DNA of 61,090 nucleotides, filler included, from Asterionella formosa (lineage: Eukaryota), in assembly GCA_002256025.1 (NCBI GenBank). It is 10 parts of 10 records of this genome, joined end to end, with 100 filler letters (N's around TTAATTAATTAA, not from the genome) between each part and the next. Parts side by side here need not be neighbours in the genome. Positions count along the whole stretch, not along the records: positions 42,853 to 48,866 come from NKIB01012854.1; positions 48,967 to 54,979 come from NKIB01012855.1; positions 55,080 to 61,090 come from NKIB01012856.1; 7 more parts are not named here. One strand, given 5' to 3'. Shown in pieces: positions 47,256-59,112 of the stretch. The stretch's first letter is position 1. Each line of letters starts with the position of its first letter. Position numbers and translations under genes: made by a program. Below the pieces are notes generated by a model that was not told the origin of the DNA, ran no database searches, and was given only the letters and a program-made list of their open reading frames with translations.

Positions 47256-48866
47256 ATGTCGACGGCACACAGAGCCAAGCGTCGAACGAGAAATGGTTGG
47301 AAAGCAGATCGATTCAGCAAGGCAAGTACCGGTAATAGTGAAGATGATAGTTTCATCAGTCAGCTTCCATTTCACTCGTCGGCCCAAACCGAGTCGACAA
47401 GAAACCAACGCGGACCCTCGTTTTTGTTTATCAAATTCGTATTGATGCTGATGGTAGTTGGAGTACTTGCAGTATGGATGATGCATTCCTACTCTGCGAT
47501 ACCATCTCAGGGGTTGCAGCAACAGCATTTGGCTTTGACAGGCCAATCCGCAACTATCCCCTTGAAGGAATCCAGGGCGATAAAGGGTAGTGACACAAGC
47601 ATTAAGCTGACAATAAGTGGTAAAACAGCCGGGCAAAATTACTTCATTCCCAAGACGAGTATTATCCCGAATAGAATTCCAGAAGCATCAACAACTTATA
47701 GTAAAAATAAGAACAGAAAAGGAAACTTGGTGGGAATAGCGCTCGGGGTGGATGTTACAACTCCGTTTCAGATTAAACAGTCAAAACAAGAATCTTCACG
47801 TAAAAATCTTTCACAGAAACTCCAGGAATGCACTACGATACTGAAAAATCCCACTTCAATGAATGAAATGATATATTGGGATAATTATAATCCTATGGAC
47901 TATCAGTTCATTGGTGCCAATCCTCAAGGCAACGACAAGTATCTTACCTTTGAGCCCGATACCGGGGGTTGGAATTCTCAGCATATAGTACTTGAATCTA
48001 TGGTAGTTTTGGCGTTGAGCTTGGGACGAACACTTGTGCTGCCACCAAAACAAGGAACATCCTACGGCACTTCGCTCTCCTATGAGGATTTCATTGATTT
48101 GAAATCCATTGCGAAGAAATACGAGGGCTTCAAATTTGTCACAACAGAAGTGTTTCTAACGTTAGTGGCAGGAGAAGGTCACCTACTCAAAGAAGGAAAG
48201 GCAGATAACCCGCCTAATAATCAAGTCAACTGGGATAATACGCCAAATATTGGAAAATTGTTCCAGTATCTCCGCGCCGTTGGTCAAGTACCATTTGATT
48301 GGGACCCACAAACTTGCATATTAGGGATTCCTTTCCCTGATGGCCGTGGGACGGCCAATATCGAAACGACTCTTGAGAGAATATGGAAGAGGAAGGATGG
48401 ACGGCCACCTCCATTTCATCTCGATTTTCAAGGCAAGCCAACCCCTGTCAATGCACCACTTGTGGAAAGATTGAGAGAATTTGCAGCCGAACGCAAAAAG
48501 TTATGTACCTATGATGGGCCACTAGAAAACAGTACGGTGCTGCACATTCCAACAACGTCAGAAGCCAAATCCTTGATTTTTGCCCCGTTTTATGCATTTG
48601 TTTTTTTCGAAGATTACGAACACGACCTGTTGATGAAACGAATGGTACGAAATGAAATGCGATACAACGATGATGTGGTATGTGCGGCAGGTCGGATTGT
48701 GGAGTCGCTACGAGCATTAAGCACAGGCGGAACATTTTACGCCTTTCACATTCGGGGTGCTGCCTTTGAGAATGCTCACCATGACGTCCATGAAGATGCG
48801 TTATGGATATTGAACGAAATTCGAAACTTGATTCCGACAAATTCCACTGTCTTTGTCTCATCTGAC
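47256..48866 (+). CDS. GDP-fucose O-fucosyltransferase-like type II membrane protein (3' truncated)
   Basis: N-terminal TM helix and stem, then KYLTFEPDTGGWN, LALSLGRTLVLPP, PFYAFVFFED, VRNEMRYND..CAAGRIV and FYAFHIR. Confidence 0.85.
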
Positions 48867-49598
48867 NNNNNNNNNNNNNNNNNNNNNNNNNNNNNNNNNN
48901 NNNNNNNNNNTTAATTAATTAANNNNNNNNNNNNNNNNNNNNNNNNNNNNNNNNNNNNNNNNNNNNACAGGACCTTCCCCATGATGATGACAAGCAGCTT
49001 CGCAGGAGTGCATCATCGCTCGGTTGAGCTCGCCATCGTAACCAATGAACATCAAATGCTGGTACCGGAACCTGGTACCAGTATATCACACCCTGGCTTA
49101 CAGCCGCAAACTGGTGTGGACAGAATGTACATCTTAGAGTATCAGGCACCAGGGTGATGGCTAGCCACATCGTATGTACTGGTACCACGTACCATCGCAT
49201 TTCATATACCAGGTACCTGGTATGGTACCGGTACCAACGCACAGCAAGATCTCTATGTATGGACAAGCCCGAAACCAACTTACCGGTACCAGGGTACCCT
49301 GGTACCTGGTAGTCTCCCGGTACCTGGTCCTACATAGCTAGATTATGACAATGATTGGTATCATGTCGGTAGGTCTAGGAAGTACCGGTACATACCTGTA
49401 TAAGTTTGTTAGTAGGGCAAATAGCACCGACCCGGGTACCTTAACGAGGGTACAGGTATCATTGTGGAGCACTTGTTTCGCTCGTTTTTGGTGTATACGT
49501 ATCATCTTACCGGGGAGGTTGTTTCCAACCTGTTTTAAGAAATCCATGGCTGTGTTATTGACTTCACCCTGAAGATCTGCATCGTTCCGTCCGAAACC

Positions 49599-50688
49599 AT
49601 GGCCTCCCCTGATAACCCAGCCGCTGCCTTTCGTGCCAAGGCGGCCTTCATGAAGTCATGGAAGCCTGATAGTTCTCCTTCGGTATGTCTAATTTCTTCG
49701 CGATTGAAATGAATAAAATTGAATTGAATAAAATGCTTCGAGCAACTGACCCCTCTGAATGGACCACATTAACTAGAATCGGGACCGATTGGAGCTATAC
49801 GCGCTTCACAAGCAAGCAAGCAGCGGAGACGCTCCTCCGAGCATTCCATCGACGGCGGCTGTTGCAGACAAGGCCAAGTACCAAGCCTGGCAACGAAAGA
49901 AGGGGCTTTCCACAGAGCAGGCCATGCTGGCCTACATCACTGAATGTGATCGACAAGTGAGAACGTATGGATCGATCGAACCGCAAACTCCACCCGCCAC
50001 ACCCAGTGAAACCACTACAACAACTACTACTACTACGCCGCCCCGTGGCATTGCTGCCATTCCTCTCTTGTGTGCTGCCGCGGCAGAATCACGAGTGGCC
50101 TACACACGGCGCATGGCCAATACATCGACGGGTTGGTGGTCACGACAGGAACCGTTGTGCGCCACTCCTGGCACGATCCTTGCTCTTCCTGAAGTCATTG
50201 TGTTGGGATTGGCAAGTACTGTTGAATACCTAACATTGACTCGTGTGGTATGGCCGGCCTTGTTGTGGCCTACACATAATGTATGTTTGGCATTATGGAT
50301 GGTTGTGATATTGCTATACACGATTATTGGAGCTGGATGGACATTAACGTCAACCATTCTTTGGGGGTCTAGAAGAACTGGAATGTCATTGACCAGAGTG
50401 TGGGCAGATGAAATAAAACCCACGTCCTTGGCCATTCATTCATTGTGTGAGGAACATCAACCTTTGACAGTTCGGTTGGTGGGATTGTTTTTGTTACCAT
50501 ACACCACATTGGTTGAAACAATTGGGGTGAGTGGAGGTTTACCACAATCAGTGCTATACACAGTCTTGGTGTTGTGTGTCACATGGTGGTATTGGTGGTT
50601 GGTCGTTCCTTGGTTATGTGCATGCATGTTAGGAGCAGCCTTGTTGAGTGGAGGATGTTTCGCTCTGATTGATTTGGCTGGAGTGTAG
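49599..50688 (+). CDS. Acyl-CoA-binding domain protein with C-terminal transmembrane region
   Basis: Exon 1 49599-49682, intron 49683-49776, then RLELYALHKQA..GDAP..KAKYQAW..KGLS.EQAM.AYI, a poly-Thr linker and several hydrophobic helices. Confidence 0.88.
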
Positions 50689-51479
50689 TTATTAGATATA
50701 CATAGATGAGTTGGGTTTTTATTTTGGCCATTATTGCTAACAAAAATACATGAGTGACACTTTGGCTTGTTCAACATTTTCTGAAAGGCGCATTATGAAT
50801 GCATAAAATAACATGAATAATAAGCCATAAGTAATGTTTGATCAGGAATTTATTAAATTGTGGAAGTCTATTTTCTACTGGAGTACACCGTTGGATGAGA
50901 TGAGGTACAAACTATAATGTAGACAGCGCACTGGTTGGTAAACCTCTCCTGTTGTGGGACTCTGTGTGCCTGTTACATGAACCAGGATCTGGTTCAACAA
51001 ACACCAGTCAGAAGGTGCAGTTGAGATCATCATGCATCATGCTGAGGGCTTCATTGTTAAGAAGGACTTATTTTTTGTTGTTATGCTTGTTTGTCAATTC
51101 CCTATTGTACTACTTGGATGATCAAGTCAACGCATTTTCAGGGAACATGAAAATGTCATGAGCTCCCTAATTGTTAATAAACCAAATTTGCTCGCTGTTT
51201 TGAGCACCTTTTTTTCAAACAAATTTGCGCAAAATTTCTTGTCTCTGTTCTACTTTGTAGGCTATTCTTATAATTATTTTATGAAACCAGAAGCCGTGCC
51301 TCACAGTAGTAGTACTTGAGGGTGTAGTACTATGGCTGCATGCACTTCGATTGGGTAGCCACTGCACTAGACCTAGTTTGCGTTTTTCGTCTAAATAAAA
51401 ATTCTATTTTACTATAAACAGCTATGTATTAGGTTTAAGAAGGACTAACAGGAAATACAACGCCATCAACCATCATTCA

Positions 51480-53465
51480 ACACACTCCGAACAGACTTGC
51501 AGTCAAAGTCGAAGGCTTCCTTGTCTTCAAAGATTCTTGTCTATTTGTGACAGACCAGAAGTTTATTTCAGCAAGGATATTCATTGGTATCTGTTGGATT
51601 AGACCATGCTCACAACGGACAAATGCAGAAATCACTGAGCCTGTGCCTTCCTTCCTCCTTTGGAAGTTGTGGCTGCTCTCCTTTAGAACCAAGAAACCCT
51701 CATCTTGGATAAAAATAGAAACTAACTAGTACTCTNNNNNNNNNNNNNNNNNNNNNNNNNNNNNNNNNNNNNNNNNNNNNNNNNNNNNNNNNNNNNNNNN
51801 NNNNNNNNNNNNNNNNNNNNNNNNNNNNNNNNNNNNNNNNNNNNNNNNNNNNNNNNNNNNNNNNNNNNNNNNNNNNNNNNNNNNNNNNNNNNNNNNNNNN
51901 NNNNNNNNNNNNNNNNNNNNNNNNNNNNNNNNNNNNNNNNNNNNNNNNNNNNNNNNNNNNNNNNNNNNNNNNNNNNNNNNNNNNNNNNNNNNNNNNNNNN
52001 NNNNNNNNNNNNNNNNNNNNNNNNNNNNNNNNNNNNNNNNNNNNNNNNNNNNNNNNNNNNNNNNNNNNNNNNNNNNNNNNNNNNNNNNNNNNNNNNNNNN
52101 NNNNNNNNNNNNNNNNNNNNNNNNNNNNNNNNNNNNNNNNNNNNNNNNNNNNNNNNNNNNNNNNNNNNNNNNNNNNNNNNNNNNNNNNNNNNNNNNNNNN
52201 NNNNNNNNNNNNNNNNNNNNNNNNNNNNNNNNNNNNNNNNNNNNNNNNNNNNNNNNNNNNNNNNNNNNNNNNNNNNNNTATACCATGTGAAGATAAAAAG
52301 CCAGCTATATCTTCATTTGTCAAAGTTGCAGTTAACCCATCAACAAATTCAACCTTAAGCTGTGAAACTGATTCTGGGACAAGTTGATCCACAAAAAACT
52401 GATGCATTAATTAAGCCCGCAAATCCTTAATTTTCTGGGTGCTACTAGTATGTGACTTGCTTGCATGCTTCCATTTGTTCATCCGGGTGGTCAAGAAAGA
52501 AGCGACACAGCCTAGCACCCTTTGGCTCTGGTGGCTTGCTGAAAAGTGTTCTATTCAATGCAAATTTGCGATGCCTATCGGGAAGAGGTATAAAAGTTAG
52601 AGCGATTTTAATTACCATGTCATTCATGTGATTTATTGCAATTATCAGTGACTGTTTCCATGTCAACTGACTTACAAAAAATGTCAATCAAATCTTATAA
52701 AAAGTGTTAAAGCTATTCGATTACCGCACTTGGGACTAAAAAATGAACACAATTAGTACAATTTTTTTGTCAATTATGCAGTACAATAATAGGACCTGTC
52801 TTCCCATCAGCCACACACCCCGGAACCCTAGTAGTAGGGACTACATGGATCTCCAGAGAGCCACCATTTATCAGCATCCGTTAACATCTGATGATGTTCA
52901 GCAGGACTAATTATAATTGGTTCTGATTCATTGTTTCTCTTTCACTATTTTGGTTGTTACAATCCATCTGTATTGCCATTGTTGACAGCATCATCTGCCA
53001 ACAACAAAATTTCTTGTTCAGAACTGTTGGTTGACAATCATAGCTTCTTGCTCTGACCTACTCCTAAAAACCTTGTCAATACACAATCTTGCTTCCAAAC
53101 GCTTTCACCTGTGAAGGGAGGGTAGGAAAGACTTTCGATGTGGTGGTAACCAAGAAAAAACAGCAACATTTCCGATTTTGGAAGGAATGCCTGATTATCT
53201 GGCTGCACTTGTTGGCCACCTTGAATCTCTAGAATGTTGGGTGCAGAACTCATGAGAGGACCACCCTTATCATCAAAGCTAAATTAAACTGTTCTGTATC
53301 CTCAATTGAGTATCTCTGGAGCATGTATTGCCATAATTGGTCTGCTGGTAGCCAGCAGTCATGAAGCACGTGTTCGCTTTTGGCAGCCTTGAAACAAGTC
53401 AATATAAATGAATGAGTGCATTGTCTGTTGTGTGCACTGATGTCTCTTCGGCTCATGATGGTCAC
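51480..53465 (-). mobile_element. Decayed DDE-transposase-like sequence (spans N gap 51736-52278)
   Basis: Removing a 4-nt GAAG duplication near 51650 restores GSKGEQPQLPKEEGTGSVISAFVRCEHG, which resembles a segment of eukaryotic Tc1/mariner-related transposases. The upstream fragment reads HQFFVDQLVP..FLSSHGI. Many stops; no TIRs identified. Confidence 0.4.
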
Positions 53466-54058
53466 GATGGTCAGATACAGCTTTCGGTGTAAATGGGAGA
53501 CAAATAAGATCTGGAGATATTCACCCCCATTGTTGGAGGGAACAAAGCAAGTGTAATGACATGATAGAATCTGCGTCCAACCGAAAGCTAAAAAAATAAC
53601 ATACCAGCTCTACTATGGCTACCCAAACTTTAGTCTTCGTCACCCAGCCATATGTAGTGCCAGCGCAGGTTTTTGTGGACAGCAAGAACATGTTCCAGCC
53701 GTCAGTCAGCACGTGCAAACAAAATAATCCACGTATGTCAGAATACTTAACTTACATGGCTCTTGACAAAAAAATCAAGTCGAGTTTCGATATAAATATA
53801 TCGCAATTGAGTCGCGGGTCATTTCTTGACCAGCATTTTGTTCATATCAGGAAGTGGAGTCATAAAGAATACATAGTCATGTAATAATACATTGAAACAA
53901 TAAATCATTCTCTACATAGTACCATCTTTCCTTATGTCCGTGCTCCAGTACCTTTTCTGCTAACAAAACAAAGGGGAACTGTTCAAATCGAGTTGGTGCA
54001 TCACCCGCCCTCATTATCAATGAAAGCTATCATTCATTGATTCCACCCATCAAGCAAC

Positions 54059-54979
54059 ATGCCTCTTTCAAAATGTGCGAAGCAGGCTGTTTTCTTGGAG
54101 TTTCCCTCTCTATCCGATCAAGAGAAGGAATTGGCCTGGCTTATTGAAGAATCGAGAGGCTTTCGTTCCAAAAAGAAAACGGATTGGGGTAGAATCGCGA
54201 AAAAGGCGTCAGTGCCGCTAAAAAAGCAACTGGACAAACATCAAAGGTACAATACTAGTAGTTATGGCTCCCTATCGTACCACGGATTAGTACATAAAGA
54301 TAGGCGAACCCACTTTATGCAACTAAGGGATCGTATTACGTTCAGTATGGCTGCCACAATCGGGCAACCTGCCCCAAAAACCCATGGACTCCCTATTTCC
54401 ACTACTTATGGTCCAGCTTGTAGTACGGGCGTCACAAATGACACGGAAAGCGTTCATCGTGCACACTGCCGAAGATGGGACCATGCATCGCCAGCTTGCT
54501 TTCAGCATTTTTTTGGTCAACCATCACTTACGAATGATACCATCCCGGCAAAGGACCAGCATGAGTCTGAGAACACAATGCCACACTTTGCGCCATGCAT
54601 GCCACATCAACTAATTGCTGCTGAAAACATGATTCAAACGAGTGGCAAGAATAATAAGCTCCCAACCAAAGGCTTGGGTCATATTCGTCGCCGTAAAGTC
54701 GCCAACAAGGGAGTTGCATCCGATCGACTTGCTAGTTCGAGGAGATCACTTCGCCGAACTAGTCATCGATTACCTCCTCAACTTTTGGAACTTGCCACCT
54801 TGTGGAATCGTTCCGAAGTATCGAACAAAGGAACTGTTAATTGGGAAAAAATGGAGGAGCATGCCAGCAATGAGCTGAGAGAGAAAATCCGTAATGCTCG
54901 TCGTAGCATTCACTTTCGGAACAGTCCAATGGATCTCTTGGTGACGTTTGAACATAGACGTACCTTTTCTTCTTTATTG
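54059..54979 (+). CDS. Hypothetical protein with an internally duplicated helical domain (3' truncated)
   Basis: Uninterrupted ORF of more than 300 codons running into the linker, containing two similar ~65-aa segments. Confidence 0.6.
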
Positions 54980-55079
54980 NNNNNNNNNNNNNNNNNNNNN
55001 NNNNNNNNNNNNNNNNNNNNNNNTTAATTAATTAANNNNNNNNNNNNNNNNNNNNNNNNNNNNNNNNNNNNNNNNNNNN

Positions 55080-56005
55080 AGCAACAAGAAGGGCTCATCG
55101 ATCTTGCCTTCACGAGCCATCTTGACTATGGCACCCTCCATGCGCATGGGGTCACCAAGACTCAAGACGGACCTCAAGGCCTCAGTGGCAACTGTAAGTC
55201 GTTTTTGTTGCTCATTGGCGAGACATTCAAGAATAACCTGACAATCTTGATCTCCCCCAGCAGCGCGTTCGTTCAAGACTTTGACGAATTGAGCGTCGAA
55301 CTGCTCATATGCATTAAACACAACAGATTCAGTAGTTTCTCCAGCTTTGTAGGGAGGAAGGATTTTCTTCAAAGTCTTATCGTAGCTCATTCGAATTTCA
55401 GGAGTCAATTCCTGATCGTAGAAGGAGACTTTCTTTTGCTCGACGGTAGTGTCTTCAAAAGAACCAGCAGTGTTGATGGCGAGGGCCTTCTTGAGGACAT
55501 CGGTATTTGACATTTTTCTTCCTTCCGACGCCATTGATTCGGCTTCAGCCAAACGATCAGCCTCACGTTGTTCGGCCTCCTTTGCCATTCGATCTTGCGC
55601 CATTTCTGACAGCTGCATCTTTTCCTTGACATCGATAATGATGTCGTACAAGTCACGCAATGCCAGACGCTCTTCGGGGTCTCGGGAATTCTTCACCTTG
55701 GCATCGAGCCAGTTGACAAATATGTCATCGGCAGCGCGGTCGAAGTTGTTGACTACATCCACACGTGGGTCGTTGGTACTAAATACAAGGTCGGCAAGAA
55801 ACATTTCGAAGGAGTCATTCAGATTCACATCCGTTTCGGCAGAGGACGACGTCAAATCAAAGGCATCCGAGTTGATTTCATCCAAAATACCAAACAGGCG
55901 TGATGGCTTTCGTTGAACACTTCGAAGACTCTGTCGCGCGCCGAAGGGAGAAGAAAAGGCAGCTGTAGAGGCTGTTAGTAAAGACAAGGCCAAGGAAAGC
56001 TTCAT
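55080..56005 (-). CDS. Probable plastid-targeted helical protein (3' truncated; weak recalled resemblance to plant At4g37920-like proteins)
   Basis: Bipartite presequence MKLSLALSLLTASTAA-FSSPF (ASAF-type cleavage site), transit-like region, acidic helical body ending KMAREGKIDEPFLL. Confidence 0.8.
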
Positions 56006-56820
56006 GGCTGGCTGGATGGGTAGGTTGAGGTGAACGATGAAAGACGAAGAAGCAAGGAACAAGGAAAGAATAAACGAATGGATTATATAAAAGGAAGTCG
56101 CACCAAAACCTCCTCCACAGCATACCGGTAATCTACGTACAAAAATAAAATCAATAATAAATATTTATATATGTATACACATATTCAATCTACCAATACT
56201 GAATAATATCATTTTATACTTACAAAATAAAAGCAATACCGGTTGGTGCGTTTTAAAAACAAAGTTACGCGTGTAAGCAGCAGAACGTTGGACGGATGCG
56301 ACGAGGATGGCAGTGACGCATTATTTGTTGCAAGCATCCTCATCATGCAGATACCGTATTCCTATTTACTCCGGTACACCCTCGGAGTAAGATACAGTTT
56401 AAGGTTCCTCCATTTGAGTGACCCCTATTGCTCGAACTACTGGTAGGCAGAGTTTCAAACAATAAACCTTTTATTGATTCAGAGAAATTGTACAAACACA
56501 TTTCATGAGTAAACATAATATATGTACTCCCTCTGTTCTGGTATACATGGATGTAACCAACCAACCTGGTGTGCCTTTTATGAAGCAAAAGCTCCAATAA
56601 TTATCCAGCTAACAGTCCCTCCAATTAAAAATTTATTCCAAATCAAATGGTGTGTGTAATAAATGTTCTAAGTCTTCTCTAAATAGTTGAACTTGTTGGT
56701 ACACCCTCCAGAATGTACCCCCAAAACGGTTTGATATGATGACAGAACCATGTCAATATATATTACAGCTATTGACCAACTAGATGAGATGGCCTTTTTG
56801 ATTGCATCATAGCAATTGAC

Positions 56821-59112
56821 TTATTGGGTTTTCTTTTCTATTTTCTGTAGTTTGCTGCTTGATTCTTCCTTCTCTCCACTTGATCCATCGCCGCCTTCCA
56901 CAGGTCTTGAGGTGTCAACTGGATACAACCACCGTTGATATAAGTAGATAATGAAGACAACATCATCGCGGAAGCAGCTCAGTCGAGCCATTGTTGGCAT
57001 ACGGATAATAAATGCGAAAAGATCGTCAATGAAAGTGTTCAAAAACTTGTATACCAAAACTCTCCATGGCAGGTGAGCCACGGATTTCATTTTATAATTC
57101 AGAAACAGTTGGGGTGTCATGAGAACAAAGCCAAGTGCATAGACAGCGGATGATGCCGATGTGATGAGCCAAGAGTACCAACCAGTGTGCTCCTCTTGGA
57201 TAAAAGAATACAAAGTGTAAGCAAGGACAATGGGAAGGAGGATAGCACCAAGGGTTCGAGTTGCCATGCGGTCAGTTTCAATCGTTAAAGCCTTTAATTC
57301 CTCGATCTTTAGAGCTTTCTTGTCATGTTCATCGGGTTTCTTGATTTCAAGTCGTGTAGCCTTGAGCTCGTATCCGGCCATGCTTGGAAGGATATTATAC
57401 CAAGCCACCTTCCCAGCCTTGTTGGTGATCTTGACAAACTGAAAGCCGGCTCCACGTTGACATTTCCATAATGCAATTAAGCACCCACATGCTGTTGGGA
57501 TAATCATTAACATTGATGAGTCTTTTTCGATCAAAAAGAATAATATGATGATCTGACCAAGGAGATCAAGAAAAAGTGATCTAACACTCAAACCAGTTAG
57601 GTCCTTGTTTTGCCGCCAAAAGGATACTTCATTCTTAAATGTCAAAAATTCAAAAAGCAAATGGAGACCACTGGCAGTGACGGTTATGGCCAATAGTAAG
57701 ACATTTGTGTCGGCAATTAATCGTCGCATATCGTCAATATCCGATTGTTCAAAGCCAAGCTCCTTTTGACTTTCAATGGATCGCGACAGATGAGTCAACA
57801 ATCTCCACCTAGCGGGGCTCATGCCACCAGCAGTCGCAGTTCGTCGCACGTGAATGTCCTCCATATCACTTCGATCAAAGGATAGCCGCAATGGCAATGT
57901 GGTAATAGTATCATTGATGGGAATATACTTTTCACTCGTCAATCCCATTTCGTCAACATGCAATGCCGGCATCATTCCATAACCAGTTGGATGATTATTC
58001 GATTTCTTAAGCTGCACAATTTGCATTCCAGATGAATGAGAGTATTCTAAAGGATATGGTACATTGTCGTTGACGTACTTGATAGAGACTTGTGGTTTCC
58101 AGAATGGATAGCCAGCGCCTTTGTCTTTCATTTCGCGACTTTGTTGAAAGATACGGTGAGCCTCAGGCTTTGCGTATCTCATGTCCCAAGGGGGGTTCAC
58201 TGTCGCTCCTCCAGTGACGTATCTCTGCACCCACCATATCAAGTCGTGATACAGGATTCGACCAGGTGCCAGGATATGATGAGGCGTGTCATACTTGACA
58301 AGATCCACATTACCAGCAAGCAACGAGAACGAGCTGGCCAACTTTCGCAATGCATATGCTTCCTCATCAACTGTCTTGGATTTACGGTTTCCTGGAAGTT
58401 CCTTCATAATGTGTACATGAATATGCAACGTCGAATTGGACTGAAGGGCTTTCCAGATTTTAGAATTCAGTGGAAGTTTAATTGTTTGCCGCTCGCCAGG
58501 ATCCTTGTGAGATTTGTCCGTATTTTGAGAAGAAGATTTTCCAAGTTGCATAAGTTTTCCAATTTGATCCGAAATTGCCTCATAGAGGGTAAGGATTATA
58601 CTCGTTGATTCAATACCCTCTCCCGCCTTGAGTTCAGCTAACAGACCCCCTTCCTTCTTCTCTTCAGCGTCAAGCCACTTCATCGCATACGCATATGACG
58701 AGTCTTCTAGACAATATCCGTTCTGTTGATCGCAGTCCAGTGTCGTCAGTATAAACGTCTTGGACAAGGATGCTTCTGTTACTTGTTTTTCCCACAAGAG
58801 GACCCCCTCGTCAATCGGAACAGAGCCCCTATCGCCATCAGCTTGCTGCTCCAAAAATTCCGCCGCCATGAAGCTTGGATGAAAGGACTCTCTCGATGCC
58901 AAGTAAACTTTCATTCGAAGCGGAATCCCTTCGTCCCAAAGGGACTTGACCATGTTCGATGCAGGCATAGTCGAGGTGTCGAGCACCGAAAGTGGATGCA
59001 TGAGCTTGTACAAGTTCATCACTGCAAAGCTGAGGTATCCTACCGTAAGAACGCTCGCTCCGCACGACGAGGAAAAGATTCTCCATTTCTTGCTTTGCAC
59101 TTCCAATGTCAT
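56821..59112 (-). CDS. CLPTM1 / CLPTM1L family multi-pass ER membrane protein
   Basis: DTNVLLLAIT, LHLLFEFLTFKNEVSFW, GLSVRS, GFVLMTPQLFLNYKMKSVAHLPW, YKFLNTFIDDLFAFIIRMPTMARLSCFRDDVVF..YQRWLYPVD. The start could be 59112 or 59169. Confidence 0.95.
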   Translation of the reverse strand: MTLEVQSKKWRIFSSSCGASVLTVGYLSFAVMNLYKLMHPLSVLDTSTMPASNMVKSLWDEGIPLRMKVYLASRESFHPSFMAAEFLEQQADGDRGSVPIDEGVLLWEKQVTEASLSKTFILTTLDCDQQNGYCLEDSSYAYAMKWLDAEEKKEGGLLAELKAGEGIESTSIILTLYEAISDQIGKLMQLGKSSSQNTDKSHKDPGERQTIKLPLNSKIWKALQSNSTLHIHVHIMKELPGNRKSKTVDEEAYALRKLASSFSLLAGNVDLVKYDTPHHILAPGRILYHDLIWWVQRYVTGGATVNPPWDMRYAKPEAHRIFQQSREMKDKGAGYPFWKPQVSIKYVNDNVPYPLEYSHSSGMQIVQLKKSNNHPTGYGMMPALHVDEMGLTSEKYIPINDTITTLPLRLSFDRSDMEDIHVRRTATAGGMSPARWRLLTHLSRSIESQKELGFEQSDIDDMRRLIADTNVLLLAITVTASGLHLLFEFLTFKNEVSFWRQNKDLTGLSVRSLFLDLLGQIIILFFLIEKDSSMLMIIPTACGCLIALWKCQRGAGFQFVKITNKAGKVAWYNILPSMAGYELKATRLEIKKPDEHDKKALKIEELKALTIETDRMATRTLGAILLPIVLAYTLYSFIQEEHTGWYSWLITSASSAVYALGFVLMTPQLFLNYKMKSVAHLPWRVLVYKFLNTFIDDLFAFIIRMPTMARLSCFRDDVVFIIYLYQRWLYPVDTSRPVEGGDGSSGEKEESSSKLQKIEKKTQ

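Noticed and set aside
6033..55079. Regularly spaced TTAATTAATTAA motif every ~6.1 kb
   Set aside because: Always embedded in 44+44 N. It is an artificial six-frame-stop linker, not a biological periodicity.
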